Part shown: piece by piece, positions 34,728 to 46,137 of the stretch
Layout of the letters: the number at the start of each line of letters is the position of its first letter
How positions within the stretch are numbered: the first letter of the stretch is position 1
Source: Folioceros fuciformis
Lineage: Eukaryota
Assembly: GCA_049999805.1 (NCBI GenBank)
Contig: JBNGIO010005336.1
Location: 1 to 54,729 of the forward strand
Length of the DNA: 54,729 nt
Direction: 5' to 3'
Translations under genes and position numbers: made by a program
Notes under the pieces: generated by a model
The model's database searches: none
Told to the model about the DNA's origin: nothing
The model's input: only the letters and a program-made list of their open reading frames with translations

Positions 34728-35558
34728 AGACCCAAGTCCCATAGCACTCTTACCTCGTAGAGCCCATGCTTCATATTAGAGGCAAAGTTGTAGCAAACTT
34801 TCCTTTTTCCTCTCCTTGGCCTTGTTTTGACTATCTTGAGTTTGCTAAGAAGGCCTTATCTACTCATACCCTTCCCTCTCATAGGGAATCTTGCCCGGGC
34901 GAAAGAAAGTCTTTTGGGCCCTACAACTCTTCAATGGAAGGTAGCTATTTACAATGAGTATGAGTTTCATCAATCTTCCAATAAGTAGGCTTAATAGAAG
35001 TATTTATGTGCTCAAGCAATCTCTTTTTTTTTTCATGGAAGAAAAGTCGGATTATGATAGCTTGGGCTATTAACAAGATATCAAAAGGAGTAGGACAAAG
35101 ACTTAAGTTAGGCCACCCCTCCTACTTTCTTTACCAGTTGTAATATAGATTAGAGACAGCTTGCATGTTTCGAGCGGATGAAGAACCTCACTTAATCCAA
35201 ATCCCCAACCTTGGTAAGGATGAAAGAGTGAGGTCCTACTTATTCTCTCCACGTGCATGAGTGGTTCCATTGCATATCTCTCCTCGGGAGAAGAGAGCCA
35301 ACAACGCTCCAATCCTTCTGCTTGAAATTGCATGGGCAGGTCCCCCTTACTCCTTTAATGGCAATTAGAAGGTGTTCCCAAATGTGTCACACCAAAGCTT
35401 TAGCGGTTGCTAGTTCATTGCCCCCAAAAAACCGTAATTGTTCAATTAAGCTATAGATTGAAGAGACAAGACATCTAAATCATACTCTACCATTGCTATT
35501 GGGTTAGAGGTTTGGCTAAAGCTTCATTTAAGCCGGAGAGTCCCAGACGAGACCAATG

Positions 35559-35656
35559 ATCCTTATCTCTAGAAGTCCTTCGCTAGCTATACTTTTCTCA
35601 TGGACCAACTATCCTTATTTCTAGAAGTCCTTCACTAGCTATGTTTTTCTCATGGC
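35559..35656. repeat. ~52-bp tandem duplication
   Basis: atccttatYtctagaagtccttcRctagctat..ttttctcatgg occurs twice. Confidence 0.8.
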
Positions 35657-36432
35657 TAGCCGCTATTGTTAGCTAGCACGCTCACAAACTATCTTCAATG
35701 ACTCTCATGTCTTTTGAGTCTATGTACATTGTTACTACATTTTGTACATATCCATTGTCCTATTCCATTGTGATAATGAACCTAATAGATATAACCTGAT
35801 AGAGAGGTTAAATATCTAGATATCTAGTTAATTAGGGGTTAGATATCTAAATAAATAACCTATGTCAACCAAAGGGGCAGCTTTCAGCTTGTTTGCCTTG
35901 CGGGATTGTTACTCTTCATCCTTTTAGCTTATTTGCCTTTGGGGATTGTTACTGTACTGTTTCTGTTCGAGTGCTTTGTTTTTCTAGCAGCCTTGCTAGC
36001 TCCGTGATTTCTAGCGATCAAGAATTTAGCCCGTCACGATCAGCCCGTGAACACCAGCCCTTAAGCATTTGGCTTTTGGATCTGTAACCACTACCACGAC
36101 GGAAATAGGTACGCTTACTCCAGGATTGGTAGGCGAGAAATCACAATCTGAGACGCGCACCGAGTTCACAACTTCAGAGTCGGGTCCTGTTCCTGGTGAG
36201 AACAGGATCGGTCCATTGCAGACACGTCGTGGTCCCAAATAGCTAGCAAGCTTAGCGTAGAAGTAGCAGCCGACAGCGCTAAGACCGTACAAGAGATGTA
36301 CACAACTGGCTGGCTACTTGTCCTGAAATACCCAGAACTACAGCTCCAGAACTTGTTCCATGGATCACAGATAGCACGTCTCCGCACAAGCAGCCTACAG
36401 CTCCAAATCTGTGCAAGAAATGTACCTAACTA

Positions 36433-36864
36433 TCAAGCATATCCGCACCTGGAAGTGACGTTCTCGACTCCCCTGAAGAAGCAAACTGCGTCCACCCTCT
36501 GCAGTAACAGGGACGGGTCCAGGCCGAGCCAGTAGGAGAGCACAGAGGATTGGTTGAGCAACGGACAGAAGCAGTCGGGAGAGCCTTTGGCGACTTGGCA
36601 ACAGGACTTGAGATCCACGTTGCTCTGCAGCAGAGACGTCAGGCACTGCTGCTTCACCTCGGGAGGAATCTGCGCGTTGTCCGGTACGCTTCTTCTGACG
36701 CAGTCACCGAATCGAAGACCGATGTTGATGCCGAATTCCAAGATCCCGGTCTGCACATTCGGGGAGCTCAGAGGGCCGGGCGCGGGGGCAACTGCAACCC
36801 CCGCTATGAGCGCGGAGGCGCAGCCGGCCATGAGCAGCATCAGCGAGCAAGGTCGGGTCATCAT
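36433..36864 (-). CDS. Secreted eight-cysteine-motif (nsLTP/prolamin-like) protein
   Basis: Hydrophobic signal peptide, APAPGP linker and a C-C-CC-CxC-C-C pattern (DC, QC, SCC, CFC, VC, RC). A further 3' exon cannot be excluded. Confidence 0.7.
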   Translation of the reverse strand: MMTRPCSLMLLMAGCASALIAGVAVAPAPGPLSSPNVQTGILEFGINIGLRFGDCVRRSVPDNAQIPPEVKQQCLTSLLQSNVDLKSCCQVAKGSPDCFCPLLNQSSVLSYWLGLDPSLLLQRVDAVCFFRGVENVTSRCGYA

Positions 36865-38451
36865 TGTTCGGAGTTTGCCTGGGTGCCGGAGTTTCTTCAG
36901 GCCTGAGTGAGGAGAGACTCGCAGCTGCTGCGAGGGTTCGTCTTACAGGAGGAGGATCGGGGAGGATGCACCGTTGGGAGAGCGTGGCTCAAGAATTGCA
37001 GGTGCCTGTGCTGGAACGATCGCGGAACCGCCTGACACCCGTTCCCGAGCCCGAGGGCAGCCAAGTCCATGGCCACACTTGTTGCGCTGCCAGCGTGATG
37101 TCGCAGACAAGTGCGGAATCAAAAGAGCTAGCGTCCACCAGCGCTCTCAACTTTGCTGGCTGGTAGGTGATGCGAGAAGGTAACAAGTGGCGCGTTTAAA
37201 TCGCAAAAGCGAACATGTGGCACCGTATGACGGCGGTGCGATGGCGATGTGACTGCACCGCCTCCGCCAGCAACAGCTCTCGTCGTGATGTCACACCAGC
37301 AGTCTAGAGGGTGAAAGGAAGAGCGCTTACGGTTCGCCGCGGATGCATTAGTGACCTCAGTGCACAATTGAAAGCGCCTGTAGAGAGCTTGTGAGCTTGT
37401 GAGCTTGTGACCCTTTGTTCTATTAACGAAGCTGGTACCAAATCCTGAGCACTGCTGCAGCAGCCGGATCCCTTCATTCTCGCCTGGCTTGTGTCCGTAA
37501 TGCTTTCTGTTCGGTGTGAGAAAGAGAAAGGTGCGGGCCAGGGCCATGGTATCTTCAAGAACCAGCTGGAAGTTGCCGCAAATGGCATCCTCAGGCTGCC
37601 ACAACGGCAAGGCGGGCACAACGAACCCTATCTGTGTCCTTCACCTCCAACAGCAAAACTAACAGGTTTGTAATAGCATTCAAAATGCGAGACATGACGC
37701 GCAGAGATGGGACCAATTGCAAGATCCGGACCTCCTTCATGAGAAGCTGTAGCAGATCCGGAATCTGGGTTCACTCGTCCTCACTCCAGTTTTAAGCCCG
37801 GCACAGCGGCGGGTGCAGCACAACGGGGGGCACAGTGAGCGCTGCGCCTCTTGCTTATTACGAGCTCGCAGCATATGCACAGTACGCAGGTGGGAAAGAG
37901 GCGTTCCTACAGTGCGACCACTCCATTGCCGAGGCCAAGAGTCCCCAAAGCTGAAGAAAGGGAGAAACCGGGGCGCCGCATTTGAGCCCGCATGGGGATT
38001 GGGGCCAGGGTATGCAAATCAGCAGGCAGCCGTGCCGTGAGCGCAAAGCGCGGCGTCTTGTCACCCTTTCCTAGGCGATTTACCATCCGCCGCAAGCGTT
38101 CAGCTCATCTACTTCACTTTTGTGCAAGGATGTTGACTGTCATGGTGGTCATCCGTCCAAAAGGCAAGCCTCGCTCCTCCAAATCAATGCTTAAATAAAG
38201 GATAATATCTTGTTTTCCATCAAGCACAAGCTCCCAAAAGGAGAAAGAAACCTTCCAACCGTGGAAGACGTTATAACATTGGCTGGTTGCATGGGGGTAG
38301 TACTCTGAATCGCGTCGCACTAGCACAACAAACAGGACTTCACAAGACTTCTTCAGGCGAATCGGCTTCATTGATTCTTGTGGAAGCTTAAGCAGAGAGG
38401 CTAAGTACACATGCACGGGTTACGGCTTCGAGTTAAGGAAGAAGATGTGAT

Positions 38452-38516
38452 CGTCCCGTCCCGTCCCGTCCCGTCCCGTCCCGTCCCGTCCCGTCCCGCC
38501 CCGTCCCGTCCCGTCC
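38452..38516. repeat. (CCCGT)n pentanucleotide microsatellite
   Basis: About 12-13 nearly perfect units. Confidence 0.95.
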
Positions 38517-39264
38517 GCTCCGGCCCAGCACCCAACCAAGCATCAAATTGTCGGGAATGTGGCCTGCGTTTTGACTGTGTGAGGTGTGGGATACTTGGAA
38601 GTCCAGTGCACGCTCACTCCAGCGGGAGACTGGAGTGTGCATCCATCTTGCAACTTCTGGCATTTGTTTTAGTGAGATAAAAATATGGGGCGCGGGCTCG
38701 TCTTGGGTGGGGAGAAGGAATCTGGTGGGAAAGAGACGGAATCTGGAATTAGGCAGGCAGGTGAGGGGAAAAATTACAAGCACGTGGAAGCCTGTCATGT
38801 CCTTTGAGCCGTGAGCGTCGGTTCACAGCGTTTTGCCTGGGCCTGGCTTTGTACAAGGCTGGGACTGGACTCCATCGGGGCAGACAGACTGGTCTTGGCG
38901 CCGTCGTCGACCGGCGCTGAGGCATTCCCTTCTCCCCCGCCTTGGACGGGGAGCACGCCTTTCGTCGACGGATCTGGTATCAGCGGCGGCAGCCCTGGGG
39001 ATGGAAATGACGCCTTGGAGCACCAGGGAGTGATTCGGAAGGGAGGAAGGGAAGAGACGGCGATCGATCATTCATGGATGCAGGCGACGGGTGATGACCT
39101 GCGGAAGTGGTGCGACCGTTTCATCGATGCGAAAGCAGGCATGGAGATGATGAAGATGGTGCGAATTTAGGAAGAGGGGCGGGAGCGAGGTGGGTGGTGC
39201 GGGGTTGTGACGCCTTGTGGCGTGTGGTAAGGCCAGGGCGCAGTGCGAACAGGTGGATCGAGAG

Positions 39265-40904
39265 ATGACGCCGGCGGGGTTGGAGCCGGAATGGCTGGTG
39301 AAGGGAGACAATGCGTGGCAGATGCTGGCAGGGACGCTGGTGGGGCTGCAGTCGGTGCCGGGGCTGGTGATCCTGTACGGGAGCATCGTGAAGAAGAAGT
39401 GGGCGGTGAACTCGGCCTTCATGGCGCTCTACGCGTTCGCCGCGGTGCTGGTGTTCTGGGCGCTGCTGGGCTTCGGTATGTCGTTCGGGGAGCCGATGCT
39501 GCCCATGTGGGGCCGGCCGGAAGCCATTCTGGGCTTCAAGTTTCTCATCCAGCGGGCGAAGGTCAGCAAACTGGTGCAGCCGCTCTTCTTCCCCATGTCC
39601 ACGCTCATCTACTACCAGTTCGCCTTCGCCGCGCTCACCGTCATCCTCATTGCCGGCTCCATCCTGGGGCGAATGAATTTCTGGGCCTGGATGTTGTTCG
39701 TCCCCCTCTGGCTCATCTTTTCCTACACTGTGGGCGCCTTCAGTCTGTGGGGCGGTGGCTTCCTCTTCCAGCTCGGCGTCATCGACTTCTCCGGCGGCTA
39801 TGTGATCCACGTCTCGTCGGGCGTCGCAGGTCTCGTTGCTGCATACTGGGTCTGTCACCACCACCCAATCCAATCCATTCCATTCCAATCCGTTCCATTC
39901 CATTCCTTCCTTACTTCCGCATTCTTGCTGCTGCTGCTGTTCCTCTTGCACAAACCCAGTAGTATATGAAGTGGTCTCGCACTGACGAACTCTTGTTGCT
40001 GTCACGACGACGACGACGACAACACCAACAGGTAGGGCCGAGGTTGCCGCAAGACAGGGAGCGGTTCCCACCCAACAACGTGCTGCTCATGCTGTGCGGG
40101 GCGGGGATACTGTGGCTGGGATGGAACGGATTCAACGGCGGGGCACCGTACGCGGCCGGGCGGGACGCATCGCTGGCCATCCTCAACACCAACCTGTCGG
40201 CGGCGACGGCGCTGCTTACTTGGATGGCACTCGACATCCTCTACTTCCGCAAGCCCAGCGTGATCGGGGCCGTGCAGGGCATGTTCGCGGGCCTGGTGTG
40301 CATCACGCCCGGCGCCGGCCTGGTGCACGGATGGGTCGCCATTGTGTACGGCATCGCCGCTGGCACCGTGCCGTGGTTCACCATGATGAAGCTGCACCGA
40401 CAGATCCGTTTCCTGGCCCAGATCGACGACACTCTGGGCGTTTTCCATACCCACGCCGTCGCCGGGGTCATCGGCGGCCTCCTCACAGGTCCGTGTGCCG
40501 TCTCCCCCGCTCAACACCACACTCTTGACAATGTGTTGAATTGAATCGAGCGTCATCCATGCTGTGCAGGTCTGTTCGCCGGGAATGACCTGTGCGTTAT
40601 CTTCGGGTGCAATCATGAGGTTCACCAGAAGCGCGTGGGGCAGGTGATGAAGCAACTGGCTGGCGCCCTCTTCGTGGCGGGCTGGAATATGGTGATCACC
40701 AGCATCATCTTGCTGGTCATCCGCAGGTTTGTGCCGCTGCGCATGACCGACGAGCAGCTCGCGGTCGGCGACGACGCCGTCCACGGCGAGGAGGCCTACG
40801 CGCTCTGGGGGGACGGCGACCGCTACGACGACAGCGTCCGCAGCAAGTGCGACGACAGCGTCCGGAGCAAGTTCGACGACCCGTCCGTTCGCGGCCCATG
40901 GTAG
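39265..40904 (+). CDS. AMT2: AMT2 (MEP-type) ammonium transporter, 3 exons
   Basis: Exons 39265-39849, 40032-40488 and 40570-40904. Motifs [51 protein letters not shown] (twin His) and [11 protein letters not shown]. Confidence 0.95.
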
Positions 40905-40929
40905 GTCCATCTGGGTACAAACCACACTG

Positions 40930-41087
40930 CTCGAGTCGAGTCGACTCAAAACGCATGGAATCGAATCGAGCCGATCGGATCCGATCCGATCCGATCCAAG
41001 CCGAGTGGAGTCGAGTGGAGTCGAGTCGAGTCGAGTGGAGTCGAGTGGAGTCGAGTGGAGTCGAGTCGAGTCGAGTGGAGTCGAGTC
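40930..41087. repeat. Compound pentamer microsatellite (GATCC)n then (GAGTC/GAGTG)n
   Basis: Directly visible downstream of the AMT2 stop. Confidence 0.95.
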
Positions 41088-41391
41088 CATTTCTTACTAC
41101 GTGAAATTGCGATTCCTTGTAGGACTACGGATTCCCGCGATGTGGAGATGCAGAGACAAATTGCGGAGCACCAGCATCAAATGCCGAACAAGCATGCCAT
41201 GGCAAGTTGCCCCTCCCCATGCCTCTCGTTGCAAGCATCTCGCACAATTCTTCCCCTCAACGTTGGCTAACTCAGCAATGTGCATGGGTGTGTGCGTCTC
41301 TGCGCAAATTCGCAAATTGGCATCTCAGGGAGTGATGATCAACCAGGCGGTGATTCACCAGGCGGTTTTCGGAATGGCCACAAAGTCATCG

Positions 41392-41528
41392 CCAGGAATG
41401 TCCATGTCGAGCGCACCAGGAATGACCATGTCGAGCGCACCAGGAATGACCNNNNNNNNNNTGTCGAGCGCACCAGGAATGACCATGTCGAGCGCACCAG
41501 GAATGACCGTGTCAAGCTCACCAGGAAT
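41392..41528. repeat. 24-bp tandem repeat (would encode MSSAPGMT), interrupted by a gap
   Basis: atgtcgagcgcaccaggaatgacc units with degenerate first and last copies. Confidence 0.85.
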
Positions 41529-42584
41529 AGCCACAAGGGCTCCTGACTACAGGTCGCCAACCAACGTTGGATGAAGGGAACTCTTGAAGCGTAGCAGAAT
41601 TGTCCGAACAACGGAGAGTGCGGGGCTGTTGAGGAGGATTTCTAACTGCGGATTGTGTATACAAATGTAAATACCTTACACTCTACCTGACTTTTGGCCA
41701 CATCGCAGCTTCCTGGATGTATCGTTGTAGGTATAGTCTGTCTTTCATGTACGATTCTTTGAATGATGCAAGTGAGATCACCATCCGCTTGGCTTGTCCA
41801 CCTGAACGTTTTCTCCAAAACCGGAGAATTTTGATGGCGCACACGCATACATCACGCACCTTGCGTCACCCTCGCTGCAGCAGCTAACATGTTGTTCGTG
41901 AGTTTCCGGCTTTACTTGGACAATCTGTCCAATTTGCCCTCGCTCGTGTCTCCGCCTGAGGTCACCCTACTGGGATGAGACAAAGCAGGCTGCTTCAACG
42001 AGGACGTGAAGCGAGCGATGGCGCGCGATAGGGCAGATTATGAAGGAAGTCTTCCAAAATAAAAAATCTAACCCTTCACCTCCTCGAACGCTGTAGAGAC
42101 GTACCTCTGTGGAGGCTGGAGGTGTAACCACGTAGAGGAAAAGGGACCCCCTTGGCTTCGACAAACTCCACACTCAGAGCCAGAGAGAGCGAAATTTCGA
42201 AGATCCGATGCTAAGTGCGTCAGTCTCGGTGCCAACTATTGTGGCAAGCTGTAGCTGGAGCTTCCTTCTGCTGACATACCGCTGGTCGACAGGTACGGAA
42301 GACCGCTCGAGAGAAGCCATCGGTTGCGTGCAAGGATTCTGTTTGGCAGAGTTTGAAGAAATCTTATTGAAACGCATACGTCATGACCCATTCGTTCCGC
42401 GCACTACGGCCAGGTGTCCGGAGGTCCCAGCTTTATTTTCAAAAAATTGTACAGTTTGATGTTGCAGTCGTCTACAACTGAGGTCACCCTTGAATGAGAC
42501 ACAGCATGCCTCGTCACCAAGAGCGACAAATGAGCAATCGCGGCAGGGTGTCCCGCAAATCAGATTTCAACAAAAAAATGAGAT

Positions 42585-45500
42585 CTAAGTCTGGACTTCC
42601 TCGAACACTGGGGTAACCTCCACCTCTTTATAGGCTGGATCTAACCACTTAGGATATGGCAGCCCTTTGGCTTTGAGAAAGTCCACATTGTACAGCTTGC
42701 TCTGGTACCTGGTTCCCACGTCACACAGAATTGTGACGATTGTGTGGCCCGGACCCAGCTCTTTCGCCAGCTTAATTGCTCCTGACAGTAGTCGGGCCAC
42801 ATTATTAATCACCAGAAGCATGGTGACAGTAGCACGCACGACCTTGTCGAAGTTTCTGCTCTCGAAGGACATTGTGGGACAGGAGAAGAGGGACTACCTC
42901 CGACGTTGATACCCGTTGACAGACCCATGCAAAGCCCTTCTTGCTTCAGTAGATCGAACATGACTGGTAACGCTTCTTCGTCACTGACCTGAACCATATT
43001 GACTTGATATTATTCTTAGGGTGCTGGGTCTGGAGAATTAAGTGGAGAAGAAGCACGCCTGATTGACACTGCCGAACAATGCCGTGGTTAATTACTCATC
43101 CATACCTGACACCAAAAATCAACAACGCCTCCTTCTCGACTGGGAAGACCCCAGCCCTCCAAATTTGCGGTAACGCGGCCTTGGCCGATACCCTCTGATA
43201 TCTGTTTGGAGAGAAGTTGTACGCACAGGATGCATCAGTTCAAACATAAACCATCACATGATTGTTTGTAGATAAGGGCATGAGCAAGGAACATACTGAA
43301 TTGCCCGAAGATTCGAGCACACCAGTGGCGTAATAGCTATACATAGCCGCTCCGAAAGGATCCACCATCCCAATTTTGATGTTTGGACTCTTTTCTTTCA
43401 GGTACTGCAGGATGTGACCGCAGAAATACATATTTAGGTTAAAGGACAGACATAAACAGTAGACCAGACATTTAGGTTGCGGAAGCAACACACACAGCGG
43501 ACCAGATGTTCACCTTCCCTGTCCCAGAGAGCGTCCCACCTGTGCCTATGGCACAGATAAAAGCATCAACCTTTCCTCCAGTCTGCTTCCATATTTCAGG
43601 GCCTGAAGGAAACAATTCACAAAATTCATCATATATAGTTCATCTTGCAAACAAATAACATACCATTGTTGCTCCATGAACTGTCTCTCGCCTGTAGTCT
43701 CATAGTGTGCTTGCCGGTTTGCAGTGTTGTCAAACTGTGGCCATGGCAACACACACCAAGAAGCCTATTAGCCGTCGGCAACGAGCCATTGGTCCTGGAA
43801 AAAGCCTACAACACGGTCCAGAAACACCCTCGATGACTTCATGCATCTAATCTTCAGCAGACATAAAAAGGATCCTGAGAGAGACCTGATTGCCCCAGAT
43901 GGCACCTCCTGGATGGGTCTGCAGCACAACATCCAATCCAACAACAGATCCTTTAGATCAGATTATTCCTCATATATACTTGGACCCTCGAGTACAGCCT
44001 AGCGGAACCTCGCAGAATAGTTCACTTCACCTTTGCCAAAGCCTCTGCCAGTCGTCCTGAGTACTTCACATAGTTGTTAGGGTTCTTGTAGGGTACAGCA
44101 GGCACCTACAGAAAAGCATAATCCAAAACGGAGATGTTCAACCATCTACTAACAACTGAGTCGAACGCGAAGGGAAGTATCCCCGCTCCAACCGTCGAGA
44201 GAATCACACCTCGACAAGAGTTGCACCGGCAAGTCGTAGCATATCTTTTTTCTCCTGTGCAACAGGAGATGCATCACCGTAAACATCAAAGTGCTCATCG
44301 AGAAGTCAGGAAAAGGGTCCCGAGATGAGCAATACCTTGCTTTGTGTTTCTGGGATGACAATGACGGTTTTGTAACCCTTGGCATTGGCAACCAGGGCCA
44401 AGCCGATGCCTGTGTTACCAGCCGTTCCCTCTACAATCACACCGCCAGGCTTAAGAAGGCCCTTTTCCTCAGCATCCTGGGGCCATATTGCCACTGGTCA
44501 CTCTAAGCCCAAGCCAAAGACTTAGACATCTCCATCTCACGGCCACAGGCAAAGAGAGAAGGGCTCTCACTTTGATGATGTACAAAGCCGCCCTGTCCTT
44601 CACCGATCCTCCAGGATTCAAAAACTCCGCCTGTGATCACCAAACCAAAAATCTGAGACCGTAATACATACGACAGTACCCGAAACGTGAAAAGACAGTC
44701 AAGGCTCAAAATTTCAATCACACCTTCGCATATATTTCACATCCTGTTTCTTCGGAGGCTTTGGTTAGCCGTATGAGAGGGGTATTGCCGATCTGCACAG
44801 GACCCAACCAAAGGATTCTGGACGTTCACAACTCTCGGCTGCTGAAAATCCAGGATTATCAGACAAGCTCAGGAGTAGAATGCGAGCCTAAGGCAGGAGG
44901 ATTTCCGAACCCTCACAAACAGCGGAGGATTACCCAGTACTCACGGAGTCAGTGAAGCCTCTACGCACTCCGAGATCCCCAACACTTGGCTGCACGTACG
45001 TGTCCAGAGGCAACGCCTGTGCCACGGACTTGACGCTCTGCTGCACACGAAATGCCGGAATTAACAACCGTCACGACAGGACCAGCATCCAACCCCGACC
45101 ATGCGGCCACACTAAATACAAATCCGCTCCTAACGCCGGCACCGCCAAATTCATGGCGCATCGAGCTACAATTCGCAACTTCTTGAAACACAACTCTCAA
45201 CAAGTAATCGTCCCTGAATTGAGCCATACACAGCATCTACCAATGCGCGAAAATCTACCGATCCCATCTGCCAGCCAGCAAGAGGCTGAAAAACGAAAAA
45301 TTAGCCGCAACATGAAATTACAGAATTCCGCGTCGCCAGAGGACGTGGACGACGAAACCCAGGGCTGCCTACCAATTCCCGAGCCATGTGCGGCGAGCAA
45401 GGGGTCCACCACCGCACTTCCGAGATGAGAGGAAAAATCCCCAGCCGCCGCGATCCAAAAGAAATGAATGTGCGAGAAGCAGAGGACGCGAAAGAGGCAG

Positions 45501-45603
45501 TCCAAGGACCTCCTGCACCAGCCACTGCCGCGGTCACAATCGAGGACGAAGACGTGCGAGAACAGGAAGCAGAGCTGCAAAGAGCGGCGCGCCACGGGGC
45601 CAT
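42585..45603 (-). CDS. Cysteine synthase of the fungal/alphaproteobacterial type, many exons, with transit-peptide-like N-terminus
   Basis: Exons read [29 protein letters not shown] (PLP Lys), [64 protein letters not shown] and [12 protein letters not shown]. The putative start [13 protein letters not shown] is at 45603, but its splice link to the core is unresolved. Confidence 0.88.
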
Positions 45604-46137
45604 GTCAAGCCTGCAACCACGCACCTAGGTAACGTCGCCGAAGCCACCGTTGGATAAGGCTGCCAAAGGACGGCACGGTCACGCTCGGATGGATCTAAGC
45701 GGAAAACAATTTGATAGAATCAAACAACAGTACACAAGGATTCTACCGTGGCGTGAGGGGATTAAATTCCACCGTCTAAAGCTCCAGACATAAGAAGTAC
45801 CGTAAGTAGGGCCACTTTACCCGCAAGTGCGGGAATCATCCTACCCCGTCTGAACGCTCCATTTCCTGGAGAGGCGGCAGCGCGGACTGACCGTACACAT
45901 GTCCCTCAGTTGCCAACATGCTGTAGTTTACTACCTCTAATATGTCACATCTATTTGCTACTGGCGCAGAACCTACGATCGCCTGAGAGGAGCAGCGGCC
46001 TTCAGTCCTCGCCATGGGCACAGCTCCCGTCACAAGGACAGCAAAAATTGCAAAGGAGTCTTGCGACTTCTCCGAGCAGTAACCAAGCTTGCTCAACCTT
46101 CGAAAGAAGTGGAGACGGTGGCACACAAACGAGCACC

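Noticed and set aside
40002-41090. 362-aa minus ORF starting with DSTPL/DSTRL repeats
   Set aside because: It is a translation of the pentamer microsatellite plus the antisense of AMT2.
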